From contig CM120641.1 of NCBI GenBank assembly GCA_051362555.1, positions 33,734,401 through 33,798,400 on the forward strand: a stretch of DNA of 64,000 nucleotides, read 5' to 3'. Positions 12,676-27,300 of this stretch are shown piece by piece. Source of the stretch: Lingula anatina (taxonomy: Eukaryota > Animalia > Brachiopoda). The first letter of the stretch is position 1. Each line of letters starts with the position of its first letter. The position numbers and the translations under genes are program-made. The notes beneath the pieces were generated by a model. It had not been told where the DNA came from, made no database searches, and was given only the letters and a program-made list of their open reading frames with translations.

Positions 12676-15600
12676 AACAAGGCAGCAAAGCTGTCAAATG
12701 TACAGACAAAAAACAGGAAATAACTATGCACATAATAGGCTACTGTCAATTCTGATGCAAAATTTTAATGATTGAATCTGACAAACTGCAATGATATGAG
12801 TTTATTTCCATTTTTGAAACTTTATTACACAATACACGATAACAAGTTTACCATCATTTTTACATAATCAACTAATAATGTTGTAAAGATGCAGGAAATG
12901 CCAAACAAACACTTTTACGTATTTTATTAATTAAATAATGAAACTGTTAACATGCCTAAGAAATGAATCTGAGGAAATGTGAAAAAACGGCATTTCTTTG
13001 AAATAATGGCCCGATTAAGCTGATTTTTTAACTCAACCTGCGTTTTAGCAGGAATGACCACTCCTGTGAGTTTCATGACAATTGGCCCATCTGTTTTTCT
13101 TATATTGTATTTTCTGTGTTGCATATATGCTGAAAAGTGAAGAAAAAAGCATAACTACTAAAACAGTGGCCCGATCATGCCGATTTTCGAACCTGACCTG
13201 CGTTATAATAAGATCGATTACTCCTGTGAGTTTCATGACAACAGGCCTATCAGTTTTCCTTGAAATGTGTTAACAGTGTTGCATATATGCTGAAAAGTTA
13301 AAAAACAGCATAACTTCCCTTAAAATGGCCCGATCATGCTGATTTTCGAACATGACCTGCGTTTTATGAATATTCATCAGCTCTGTAAATATACAGCGAA
13401 AAAGTAAAACTGCCTTCCACTTATCATGTTTACAATGAAAGTGCACGGCGCCAGCGCCGGCGACAGTGATGGCGGCGACGGCAGATACAGGTGATGGCAA
13501 TATGTACAGACACATCTGTACATGTTTACTGTACTGTTTGAAAACAGTAAGTGACATTGTTTTTCTTAAATGGTCATCATGGGAGCAGTGCCCAAAATAG
13601 TTTTTTTTTCAAATTTTGATGCAATATTACATAATGTTTAACAGCATAATGACCATCAATTTTAATAATAAAATATTAGTATCATGGATATTCAGAAAAT
13701 GTGACTAGCAAAGGTCTTCAGGCCCATATGGAACTTCAAAGTCACAACTTGAAAATGCCAAAATGTAAACAAGACAGCACTGTTCTGAAATGTTTTTTTT
13801 TTCCCATTTTTAACAATTTTTTTAACATAAAACAAAATTAACAGGTTATTGCCATCTTTATATGATCAACTAAGAAAATTGATGAGATGTGAAAAATATA
13901 AATACAACAGTGTTAAATGTCCAATTTCCTCCATTCTGAGATTCTAAACATAGTGGATGATTGCATCTGACAAACTGCAATGATATGAGTTTATTTCCAT
14001 TTTTGAAACTTTATTACACAATACATGATAACAAGTTTACCGTCAGTTTTACATAATCAACTAATAATGTTGTAAAGATACAGGAAATGTCAACCAAACA
14101 CTTTAACATGTCTTATTAGTTAAATAATGAGACTGTTAACATGCCTAAGAATTGAATCTGAGGAAATGTGAAACAAGACAGCACTGTTCTGACATGGGTT
14201 TATTTCCATTTTTAACACTTTTTTTAACATAAAACAAAATAAACAGTTTACTGCAATTTTTATATGATCAACTAAGAAAATTGATGAGATGGGGAAAATA
14301 TCAATAGAATAGTGTTAAATGTCTAATTTCCTCCATTCTGAGATTCTGAACATAGTGAATGATTAAATCTGACAAACTGCAATGATATGAGTTTATTTCC
14401 ATTTTTGAAACTTTATTACACAATACACGATAACAAGTTTACCATCATTTTTACATAATCAACTAACAATGTTGTAAAGATGCAGGAAATGTCAAACAAA
14501 CACTTTTACGTATCTTATTAGTTCAATAATGAGACTGTTAACATGCCTAAGAGTTGAATCTGAGGAAATGTGAAAAAACAGCATAACTTCTAAAATAATG
14601 CCGCGATTATGCTGATTTTCAAACTCAACCTGCATTTTAGTAAGATTGACCACTACTGTGAGTTTAATGACAATTGGCCAATCTGTTTATCTTATATTGT
14701 GTTTACAGTGTTGCATATATGCTGAAAAATGAAAACTACTAAAACAGTGGCCCGATCATGCTGATTTTCGAACTTGACCTGCGTTTTCATAAGACTGATT
14801 ACTCCTGTGAGTTTCATGACAACAGGCCTACTGGTTTTCCTTAAAATGTGTTTACAGGGTTGCATATATGCTGAAAAAAGTGAAAAAACAGTATAACTTC
14901 CCTTAAAATGGCCTGATCATGCTGATTTTCGAACTTGACCTGCGTTTTATGAATATTCATCAGCTCTGTAAATATTAAGCCAAAAAGTAAAACTGCCCTC
15001 CACTTATCGTGTTTACAAGGAAAGTGCACGGCGTCGGCGACGGCATCGGCATCGGCGACGACAGACGCAGGTGATGACAATATGTACAGACACATCTGTG
15101 TCTGTACATAAAAATGTGACTAGCAAAGGTCTTCAGGCCCATGGAACTTCAAAGTCACATCTTGAAAATGCCAAAATGTAAACAAGACAGCACTCTTCTG
15201 AAATGGGTTTATTTCCGTTTTTAACACTTTTTTAACATAAAACAAAATAAACATTTTACTGCCATTTTTTTATGACCAACTAAGAAAATTGATGAGATGA
15301 GAAAAGTATCAATAGAACAGTGTTAAATGTCCAATTTCCTCCATTCTGAGATTCTGAACATAGTGGATGATTGAATCTGACAAACTGCAATGATATGAGT
15401 TTATTTCCGTTTTTGACACTTGATTACACAATACATGATAACAAGTTTACCATCATTTTTACATAATCAACTAACAATGTTGTAAAGATGCAGGAAATGT
15501 CAAACAAACACTTTTACGTATCTTATTACTTAAATAATAAGGCTTTTAACATGCCTAAGAATTAAATCTGAGGAAATCTGAGGAAATGTGAAAAAACAGC

Positions 15601-16164
15601 ATAACTTCTAAAATAATGCCCCGATTATGCTGATTTTCGAACTCAACCTGCGTTTTAGTAAGACTGACCATTCCTGTGAGTTTAATGACAATTGGGCTTT
15701 CTGTTTTTCTTATATTGTGTTTACAGTGTTGCATATATGCTGAACAATGAAAAAAACGCATAACTACTAAAATAGTGGCCCGATCATGCTGATTTTCGAA
15801 CTTGACCTGCGTTTTAGTAAGATTGATTACTCCTGTGAGTTTCGTGACAACAAGCCTAACGGTTTTCCTTGAAATGTGTTTACAAGGTTGCATATATGCT
15901 GAAAAGTGAAAAAACAGCATAACTTCTACAATAATGGCCCAATCATGCTGATTTTCGAACTTGACCTGCGTTTTATGAATATTCATCAGCTCTGTAAATA
16001 TAAAGCCAAAAAGTGAAACTGCCTTCCACTTATCGTGTTTACAAGGAAAGTGCACGGCGCCGGCGACGGCATCGGCATCGGCATCGGCATCGGCATCGGC
16101 ATCGGCGACGACAGACGCAGGTGATGGCAATATGTACAGACACATCTGTGTCTGTACATAAAAA
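12676..16164 (-). mobile_element. Composite HINE block (minus strand) with three 5' heads (~13520, ~15114, ~16164)
   Basis: 3' end at 12676. Flanks ATAACATGATAAGTG | TCATTTTACCTTTTGG reconstitute the host seen intact at ~16443-16478. Confidence 0.8.
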
Positions 16165-17989
16165 TCATTTTACCTTTTGGCTTGAAACTTGCAGAACTAA
16201 TGAATATTCATATTACGCAGGTCAAGTTCGAAAATCAGCATGATCGGGTCATTTTTAGGGTAGTTATGCTGTTTTTTCACTTTTTTCAGCATATATGCAG
16301 CACCGATAACACGATAAGTGGAAAACTTACAGAACTGATGAATGTTCATAATACGCAGGTCAAGTTTGAAAATCAGTATGATCGGGTCATTTTTATGGAA
16401 GTTATGCTGTTTTTCACTTTTTTCACCATATATGCAACACTGATAACATGATAAGTGGAAAACCATTTTACCTTTTGGTTTGAAACTTGCAGAACTAATG
16501 AATATTCATAATACACAGGTCAAGTTAGAAAATCAGCATGATCGGGTCATTTTTAGGGAAGTAATGCTGTTTTTTCACTTTTTTCAGCATGTATGCAACA
16601 CCTTTGTGCTATATGATGGTACTGTATGGATGGCAGTCTATAAAATTGTCCCTTGGGTGATCACTAATTAAATTAAGGTCTATAAAGTCACTTGCCTACT
16701 CATTAATTTTCAATTGGCCATTAAATGAGATTACATAAAACACTCCTTGAGATTTCCCTGTAAAGTCCCATAGGTTTAGCTCTCTTAACTGTGTCACAAA
16801 ATTAGGATTTGGTGATAATTGTGCAGAAAAATGGTGTTTAACATTGCAAATAAATTTACAACAAAAAGAATGTGTTATGCCAACATGCTATAGATGAATA
16901 ACAGTGCTTTATTTTTCTCAAACTTGGTGGGGTTATTAATATCAAGTTAATACAGCTAGATTCAAAGTTTGAATAGCAGCTTTATTGGAATTTTTTACGT
17001 TTTATTAAAAATTTTTTTGAATTTATTTTTCAAACACTAGCATCTTCAAGATGTGATTTTTTACTCCCATCCACCAGAAGTGCTGTGCATTTTCTGTATT
17101 TTTGTATATAATTGTTATTTCTTCAGATTTAATTCTTAGGCAACATTAATTAACAACATTCTTAACAGTCTCATTATGGAACTAATAAGATATGTAAAAG
17201 TGTTGTTTTGACATTTTCTGCTTCTTAACAATATTGTTAGTTGATTATATAAAAATGACGGTGAACCTGTTATAATATTGTGCATTGTGTAATAAAGTAT
17301 CATAAATGGAAAGGAACTCATCATTGCAGTTTGTCAGATTTAATCATTCACTATGTTCAGCATCTGCAAATGGAGCAAATTGGACATTGAAAATTGTTCT
17401 ATTGATATTTTTCCTATGTCAACAATTTTCCTAGTTGAACATTTAAAAATGACAGTTTATTGATCATTTTGTTTTAAAAAAGGTGTTGAAAATGGAAAGA
17501 AAATCATTTCAGTACAGTTATCTCTTGTTTACATTTTGGCATTTTGAAAGTGTGACTCTGAACTTCCATGGCCTTGAAGACCTTCCCAAATCACATTTTC
17601 TGAATATTCATGATACTTTTATTTTTTTATAAAAAATTTGATGGTCATTATGCTGTTAAGTATTATGTTTTATTGCATGAAAGTTGAAGAAAACCCTATT
17701 TTGGACACTGCTGCCAGGATAGTGAGTAAGGGAAAACCATGTTACTTACGATACTGAAACTTACTGAAAAGTTTCATAAGACAGAAGTGCAGCTTGTGTT
17801 TGAAAACCAGTGTGATTGTTTTCTGTTTTGGAAGCAATGCAGGTTTATAGAGTGCTATACTGGCATTTTCAAGTTGTGACCTATCACTCCCATCTGCCAG
17901 GAGCCCTGTACTCTTACTTTGTAACATTTTCTGTATTTTGTTAAGTTACAAGAATGATTCTTAGGATTGACATACAGCCAAAAAAAAAA

Positions 17990-18072
17990 TAAATAAATAA
18001 TAATAATAATAATAATTATATATATATATATAGATAGATAGATATAGATATAGATAGATAGATAGATAGATA
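17990..18072. repeat. Compound microsatellite (TAA)n(TA)n(GATA)n
   Basis: Direct reading of the sequence. Confidence 0.9.
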
Positions 18073-18613
18073 TTTTTTAATGAGTTTAAGCAATTTTTTT
18101 TGTGTGTAATTTTCACTGTACCTCATTCTGGCATTTCCAAAGTTTAACTCTTATCAGCCTGACACCTTAGGGACTATTTCCAGACCCTATCACGCTAACT
18201 GTGGATCGATCTATCTCCATAGGAATTCTCGCTAAATTGCAATCAATGTAAGTGGCTTAGTTGTCTGTCACACCTACTGAAACTGGCATGCCAGAATCCT
18301 AAGACTCTCAAACTGAAAGCAATTTAGTGAGAAACCCCTTGGAGTTGGATTGATCCTGTTAGATTGATCTAGGTATGGGAACTTAGTCTAATGCTTGATA
18401 CACATTTTACTTTCATCCTAATCCAATGTTATGCAGAATAGGAATTTGATGTTGGCTATGCAGTTACAGTAAGCATAATACATAATTCATCAGAATTGAC
18501 AGTATCCTATTTCCTGCGTTTTATTTTCTGGTTTTTGTCTGTACATTTGACAGCTTTGCTGCCTTGTTCTTATATTGTGTTATCAGTGCTGCATATATGC
18601 TGAAAAAAGTGAA

Positions 18614-20476
18614 AACAAGGCAGCAAAGCTGTCAAATGTACAGACAAAGAACAGAAAATAAAGATGCAAATAAGTGAAAAATTAAATTTTCACAAAAAAC
18701 TGTTAAATTGCCAGAAAAATTTACCAAACAGACTGCGTTGCCTATTGAAGCTGTGTTTTAGTCCCATGTTTCTTTCCTATAAGTTTGAGAACAGTAAGTG
18801 ACATGATTTCCCTTAAATGGTCATCATAGGAGCAGTGCCCAAAATAGGGGTTTCTTCAAATTTTGATACAACATTAAATAATGTTTAACAGCATAATGAC
18901 AATCAAATGTTATTAATAAAATATTAGTAACATGGACATTCAGAAAATGTGACAAGCAAAAGTCTTCAAGATCATGGAACTTTAAAGTCACACCTTGAAA
19001 ATGCCAATATGTGAAAAATTAAATTTTCACAAAAAACTGTTTAACTGCCAAAAAAAAAAAAAAAAAAAAAAAAAATACCAAACAGACTGCATTGCCTACT
19101 GAAGCTGTATTTTAGTCCCATGTTTCTTTCCTGTAAGTTTGAGAACAGTAAGTGACATGATTTTCTTTAAATGGTCATCATGGAAGCAGTGCCCAAAATA
19201 GGGGTTTCTTCAAATTTTGATGCAATATTACATAATGTTTAACAGCTTAATGACCATCAATTTTTAATTATAAAATATTTGTATCACAGATATTCAGAAA
19301 ATGTGACTAGCAAAGGTCTTCAGCCCATGGAACTTCAAAGTCACGCCTTGAAAATGCCAAAATGTAAACAAGACAGCACTGTTCTGAAATGGGTTTATTT
19401 CCATTTTTAACACTTTTTTAACATAAAACAAAATAAACATTTTACTGCCATTTTTATATGACCAACTAAAAAAATTGATGAGATGGGAAAAGTATCAATA
19501 GAACAGTGTTAAATGTCCAATTTCCTCCATTCTGAGATTCTGAACATAGTGGATGATTGAATCTGACAAACTGCAATGATATGAGTTTATTTCCATTTTT
19601 GACACTTTATTACACAATACATGATAACAAGTTTACCATGTTTTTTACATAATCAACTAACAATGTTGTAAAGATGCAGGAAATATCAAACAAACACTTT
19701 TAGGCATCTTATTAGTTAAATAATGAGACTGTTAACATGCCTAATAATTGAATCTGAGGAAATGTGAAAAAAACAGTATAACTTCTAAAATAATGGCCCG
19801 ATTATGCTGATTTTCGAACTCAACCTGCGTTTTAGTAAGATTGACCACTCCTGTGAGTATAATAACAATTGGCCAATCTGTTTTTCTTATATTGTGTTAT
19901 CAGTGTTGCATTTATATTGAAAATAGTGAAAAAACAGCATAAATTCCCTCAAAATAGCCCGATCATGCTGATTTTCGAACTTGACCTGCGTATTATGAAT
20001 ATTCATCAGTTCTGCAAGTTTCAAGTCAAAAGGTAAAATGGTTTTCCACTTATCGTGTTATCGGTGCTGCATATATGCTGAAAAAAGTGAAAAAACTGCA
20101 TAAATTCCCTAAAAGTGACCCGATCATGCTGATTTTCGAACTTGACCTGCGTATTATGAATATTCATCAGTTCTGCAAGTTTCAAGTCAAAAGGTAAAAT
20201 GGTTTTCCACTTATCGTGTTATCGGTGCTGCATATATGCTGAAAAAAGTGAAAAAACTGCATAAATTCCCTAAAAATGGCCCGATCATGCTGATTTTCGA
20301 ACTAGACCTGCATATTATGAATATTCATCAGTTCAGTAAATTTGAATACAAAATGTAAAACGGTATTCCACTTATCGTGTTATCGCTGAGTGCACGGCAA
20401 CAGCGACGACGGCGACGGCGACGACAGACGCAGGTGACGGCTATATGTACAGAACATCTGTGTCTGTACATAAAAA
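18614..20476 (-). mobile_element. HINE copy (minus strand) with ~161-bp tandem subrepeats
   Basis: 3' end at 18614, 5' hairpin and microsatellite at ~20395-20476, near-identical tandem units at 19961-20122 and 20123-20283. Confidence 0.8.
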
Positions 20477-21399
20477 TATTCCAAGAAAATTTTGATGACA
20501 GAGTTATTTTTCTGCATGATCAATTTTTGATTTATCCTTGAATTATTAATTTTTTAAAGGGAGGAGAGAAATTAGCACTGTGCCAATATTAGATTGTTTT
20601 CATGTTAATAAACAGGAGGATAGATTACTCAAACGCTTGCTTTATCTGCACTTGTTTTGTTGTGCCTAGCTTTTGTTCGTAATAAATATATATTACATTT
20701 AGTCAAATTTAATTGTTCCATATTGTTTTATTTAAATTTCATGTTAAGGAATTAAGTAGATTTAGTATTTTTTTAACTTTCCATATAATTGTTTTGTTAC
20801 ACTATTAAACAATGTTTATAACAGTAATGAATTATAAATTATTATTCAGTTTAAATAGAACTTAATGAGCTTATCAATGTTATAACTAACATTTTTCTTT
20901 ATTTACCCACATATCTTTGCATGTATTTTCACTTGTATATATATATAATTTTCATTTTTTTGGTTTGTTTATATCAGGAATCAAAAATGTTATTGAAATG
21001 GGAAGTGAGTATTATTAGACAAAGAGTTAATATCCTTGATCAGTAACGGATAATATATATTAAATGATACAATTTAACAAAATGAACTGAAGATACTTAA
21101 GTGTTACTAATAAAATGAGTAGTTTAACTGGTATGATTAAGTAAAATATGTTATGTTGCTTCATACAACATACACATTAGAGGATTATTTGTGTTAAATT
21201 ATTACTGAATGGCAACTTATTAATATAAACAGATAATTATGCTTAAACATATTTTAATGGATTCATAAATTTGTATTTTTATTAAGATAATGATTACAAG
21301 ATGGAAGTCATCATAATTGATTAAAAAGTGTTAATATTTTCAGAGATATGTATAAAAAGGACTGACGGAGTATTAATTATTAAGTAAATAGCCAATTAA

Positions 21400-24300
21400 G
21401 AGCGGATTCTCAACGAATTAAGCCAGGCTTTACAAAGCCGGTGACCTAAAAATGGTGGACGTACATGAAAGAAAAACCGCCTAATCTTTTAATAGTCTCT
21501 CCGCCTCCCCACACGTCGTCCCTGCGGGGTACAGTAATTAAAGCGCGTCTCCGTTCGCCATGTGGAAGCTACCTGAGAAATATTAAGTGCACATGCTCAT
21601 CAGTTAAACTCGTGGTGAAGAAAGCATGGCGGCTGAAGGCGATCGAAGGAAGAAAGCTCTTCTGTTCTATTATCTTTGAAAACAGAAACGAACAAGGCAG
21701 CAAAGCTGTCAAATGTACAGACAAAATAACAGAACAAGGCAGCAAAGCTGTCAAATGTACAGACAAAAAGCAGACAATAACAATGCACAAAACAGGCTAC
21801 TGTCAATTCTGATGCAAAAGTATATTATGCTTAACTGCAAATTCAACATCAAATTTTAATTATGCTCAACAGGTAATACCAATGTAAGTGAAATGTGTAA
21901 CAAGCGTAAGGCTTCAGGCCCATGGGAGTTTAAGTTCACACTTTGAAAATGCCAGAATGAGAAAAATGAAAATTTCACATAAAACTGCTTAAATTCAATA
22001 ATAAATGATAACCCATTTGAGCTGGCTTTCTAATTTGAACTGCATGCCAATCCTACAAATCATACTTGTAAGTTGAAAATAATAATAAGTAACATAGTTT
22101 TCTTTTCATAATGTTTGTAGTAGCAGTGCAAAAAGATTTTTGTCAATTTTGATGTAACATTACATAATAAATTACAGAATAATTATCACCAATTTTTGAT
22201 TATTGACTATAAATAGCATGGACATGTAGAAAATTTGATTACCATTTGGCTTCATGTCCATGGGAGCTTCGAGTCCCACAATGAATATGCCAACATGATA
22301 AAAATGAATATTTCACTAAAATGTATAACTTCTAGAAAAAGAAGCCAATTAGACTGCTTTTCCAACTCAGGCTGCATTTTAGTCCTTTGTTTCTTTTTTG
22401 AAAGTTTGACAATCATAAGTAACATGGTTTTCCCATAATGGTCATCATGGCAGCAGCACCCAAAATTGTGTTTTCTTCTATTTTAATGCAATATTACATA
22501 ATGCTTAACAGCATAATGACCATCAGTTTTTAATAATAAAAGATCCGTATCGTGGATTTTCAGAAAATGTGATTAGCATGGGTCTTCAAGCTTGTGGAGG
22601 TTCTAAGTCACACCTTGAAAATGCCAATATGTGAAAAATTAAATTTTCACAAAAAACTGATTAACTGCCAAAAAAATTTACCAAATAGTCTGCATTGCCC
22701 ACTGAAGCTTTATTTAAGTCCCATGTTTCTTCCTGTAAGTTTGAGAACAGTAAGTGACATGGTTTTCCTTAAATGGTCATCATGGGAGCAGTGTCCAAAA
22801 TAGGGGTTTCTTCAAATTTTGATGCACTATTACATAATGTTTAACAGGATAATTACCATCAATTTTTAATAATAAAATATTAGTATCATGGATATTCAGA
22901 AAATGTTCCTAGCAAAGGTCTTCAGGCCAAAGGAACTTCAAAGTCACACCTTGAAAATGCCAAAATGTAGACAAGACAGCACTGTCCTGAAATGTTTTTT
23001 TTCCATTTTTAACAATTTTTTAACATATAACAAAATTAACAATTTACTGCCATTTATATATGATCAACTAAGAAAATTGATGAGATGGGAAAAAATATCA
23101 ATAGAACAGTGTTTAATGTCCAATTTCCTCCATTCTGAGTTTCTGAACATAGTGAATGAATGAATCTGACAAACTGCAATGATATGAGTTTATTTCCATT
23201 TTTGAAACTCTATTATACAATACATGATAATAAGTTTACCATCATTTTTACATTATCAACTAACAATGTTGTAAAGATGCAGGAAATGTCAAACAAACAC
23301 TTTTACGAATCTCATTAGTTAAATAATGAGACTGTTAACATGCCTAAGAATTGAATCTGAGGAAATGTGAAAAAACAGCATAACTTATAAAATAATGGCC
23401 CGATTATGCTGATTTTCGAACTTGACCTACGTTTTAGTAAGACTGATTACTCCTGTGAGTTTCATGACAACAGGTCTTTCGGTTTTCCTTGAAATGTGTT
23501 AACAGTGTTGCAAATATGCTGAAAAGTGAAAAAAACAGCATAACTACTAAAATAGTGGCCCGATCATGCCGATTTTCGAACTTGATCTGTGTTTTAGTAA
23601 GATTAATTACTCCTATGAGTTTCATGACAACAGGCCTATCGGTTTTCCTTGTAATGTGTTAACAGTGTTGCAAATATGCTAAAAAGTGAAAACACAGCAT
23701 AAATACTACAATAATTGCCCAAACATGCTGATTTTCGAACTCGACCTGCGTTTTATGAATATTCATCAGCTCTGTAAATATAAAGCCAAAAAGTAAAACT
23801 GTCTTCCACTTTTCGTGTTAACGATGAAAGTGCACGGCGACGGCGACGGCGACGGCGACAGGGACGGCGACGGCGACGACAGACGCAGGTGATGGCAATA
23901 TGTACAGACACATCTGTGTCTGTACATAAAAAAGGATGCAAAAGAGGTCATTTTGCCAATTTTGATGCAATAATAAACAAGACCGTGGAACTTCAAAGTC
24001 ACACTTTGAAAATGCCAATATGTGAAACCGTTTAACTGGCAGTAAGAATTACCAAACAGACTGCATTGCCTACTGAAGCTGTATTTTAGTCCCATGTTTC
24101 TTTCCTGTAAGTTTGAGAACAGTAAGTGACATGGTTTTTCTTAAATGGTCATCATGGGAGCAGTGCCCAAAATACTTTTTTTTTTAATTTTGATGCAATA
24201 TTACATAATGTTTAACAGCATAATGACCATCAATTTTAATAATAAAATATTAGTATCATGGATATTCAGAAAATGTGACTAGCAAAGGTCTTCAGGCCCA

Positions 24301-27300
24301 TGGAACTTCAAAGTCACAACTTGAAAATGCCAAAATGTAAACAAAGACAGCACTGTTCTGAAATTTTTTTTTTTCATTTTTAACAATTTTTTAACATAAA
24401 ACAAAATAAACAGTTTACTGCAATTTTTATATGATCAACTAAGAAAATTGATGAGATGGGAAAAATATCAATAGAATAGTGTTAAATGTCCAATTTCCTC
24501 CATCTGAGATTCTGAACATAGTTAATGATTGAATCTGACAAACTGCAATGATATGAGTTTATTTCCATTTTTGACACTTTATTACACAATACACGATAAC
24601 AAGTTTACCATCATTTTTACATAATCAACTTACAATGTTGTAAAGATGCAGGAAATGTCAAACAAACACTTTTATGTATCTTATTAGTAAAACAATAAGA
24701 CTGTTAACATGCCTAAAAATTTAATCTGAGGAAATGTGAAAAAACAGCATAACTTCTAAAATAATGGCCCGATTATGCTGATTTTCGAACTCAACCTGCG
24801 TTTTAGTAAGATTGACCACTCCTGTGAGTTTAATGACAATTGGCCTATCTGTTTTTCTTATATTGTGTTTACAGTGTTGTATATATGCTGAAAAATGAAA
24901 AAACAGCATAACTACTAAAATAGTGGCCCGATCATGCTGATTTTCGAACTTGACCTGCGTTTTAGTAAGATAGATTACTCCTGTGAGTTTCATGACAACA
25001 GGCCTATCGGTTTTCCTTGGAATGTGTTTACAGTGTTGCATATATGCTGAAAAGTGAAAAAAAAAGCATAACTTCTACAATAATGGCCCGATCATGCTGA
25101 TTTTCGAACTTGACCTGCTTTTTATGAATATTCATCAGCTCTGTAAATATAAAGCCCAAAAGTAAAACTGCCTTCCACTTATCGTGTTTACAATGAAAGT
25201 GCACGGCACCGGCGACGCCGATGACGGCGACGACAGACGCAGGTGATGGCAATATGTACAGAAACATCTATATATATATTTACTGTACTGTTTGAGAACA
25301 GTAAGTGACATGGTTTTTTATGTACAGACACAGATGTGTCTGTACATATTGCCATCACCTGCGTCTGTCGTCGCCGATGCCGTCGCCGATGCCGATGCCG
25401 ATGCCGATGCCGATGCCGTCGCCGATGCCGTGCACTTTCCTTGTAAACACGATAAGTGGAGGACAGTTTTATTTTTTGGCTTTATATTTACAGAGCTGAT
25501 GAATATTCATAAAACGCAGGTCAAGTTCGAAAATCAGCATGATCGGGCCATTATTGTAGAACTTATGCTGTTTTTTCACTTTTCAGCATATATGCAACCC
25601 TGTAAACACATTTTAAGGAACACCGTTAGGCCTGTTGTCATGAAACTCACAGGAGTAATCAATCTTACTAAAACGCAGGTCAAGTTCGAAAATCGGCATG
25701 ATCGGGCCATTACTTTAGAAGTTATGCTGTTTTTTCACATTTCCTCAGATTCAATTCTTAGGCATGTTAACAGTCTTATTATTTTACTAATAAGATATAT
25801 AAAAGTGTTTGTTTGACATTTCCTGAATCTTTACAACATTGTTAGTTGATTATGTAAAAATGATGGTAAACTTGTTATCGTGTATTGTGTAATAAAGTGT
25901 CAAAAATGGAAAAAAACTCATATCATTGCAGTTTGTCAGATGCAATCATTCACTATGTTCAGAATCTCAGGATGGAGGAAATTGGACATTTAACACTGTT
26001 GTATTGATATTTTTCCCATCTCATCAATTTTCTTAGTTGATCGTATAAAAATGGCAGTAACCTGTTAATTTTGTTTATGTTAAAAAAATTGTTAAAAATG
26101 GAAAAAAAAACATTTCAGAACAGTGCTGTCTTGTTTACATTTTGGCATTTTCAAGTTGTGACTTTGAAGTTCCATGGGCCTGAAGACCTTTGCTAGTCAC
26201 ATTTTCTGAATATCCATGATACTAATATTTTATTATTAAAAATTGATGGTCATTAAGCTGTTTAACATTATGTAATATTGCATCAAAATTTGAAAAAAAC
26301 TTATTTTGGGCACTGCTCCCATGATGACCATTTAAGAAAAACCATGTCACTTACTGTTCTCAAACAGTACAGTAAATATGTACAGATGTGTCTGTACATA
26401 TTGCCATCACCTGCGTCTGTTGTGGCTGGCGTTGCCGTCACTGTCACTGTCACTGTCGCCGTGCACTTTCATTGTAAACGCGATAAGTGGAAGGCAGTTT
26501 TACTTTTTGGCTGTATATTTACAGAGCTGATGAATATCCATAAAACGCAGGTCAAGTCCGAAAATCAGCATGATCGGGCCATTATTGTAGAACTTATGCT
26601 GTTTTTTCACTTTTCAGCATATATGCAACACTGTAAACACATTTCAAGGAAAACCGTTAAGCCTGTTGTCATGAAACTCTTAGGAGTAATCAATCTTACT
26701 ATAACGCAGGTCAAGTTAGAAAATAGACATGATCGGGCCACTATTTTAGTTATGCTTTTTTTTCACTTTTCAGCATATATGCAACACTGTAAACACAAAA
26801 TAAGAAAAACAGATAGGCCAATTGTCAGTAAACTCACAGGAGTGGTCATTCCTGCTAAAACGCAGGTTGAGTTTAAAAATCAGCTTAATCGGGCCATTAT
26901 TTTGAAGAAATGCTGTTTTTTCACATTTCCTCAGATTTAATTCTTAGGCATGTTAACATTCATGTTTCATTATTTAATTAGTAAGATACGTAAAAGTGTT
27001 TGTTTGGCATTTCCTGCATCTTTACAACATTATTAGTTGATTATGTAAAAATGATGGTAAACTTGTTATCGTGTATTGTGTAATAAAGTTTCAAAAAATG
27101 GAAATAAACTCATATCATTGCAGTTTGTCAGATTCAATCATTGACATTCACTATGTTCAGAATCTCAGAATGGAAGAAATTGGACATTTAACACTGCTCT
27201 ATTGATATTTTTCCCATCTCATCAATTTTCTTAGTTGATCATATAAAAACGGCAGTAAACGGTTAATTTTGTTTTATGTTAAAAATTGTTAAAAATGGAA

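Noticed and set aside
19780-20390. Regularly spaced repeats that could be mistaken for a CRISPR array
   Set aside because: The whole ~161-bp unit is repeated with no unique spacers, the context is eukaryotic, and there are no cas genes.
20480-21396. AT-rich flank (continuing at 29064-29600) that may be an ancient LINE ORF2 3' remnant
   Set aside because: Too degenerate to recover a diagnostic motif by eye; needs a translated profile search.
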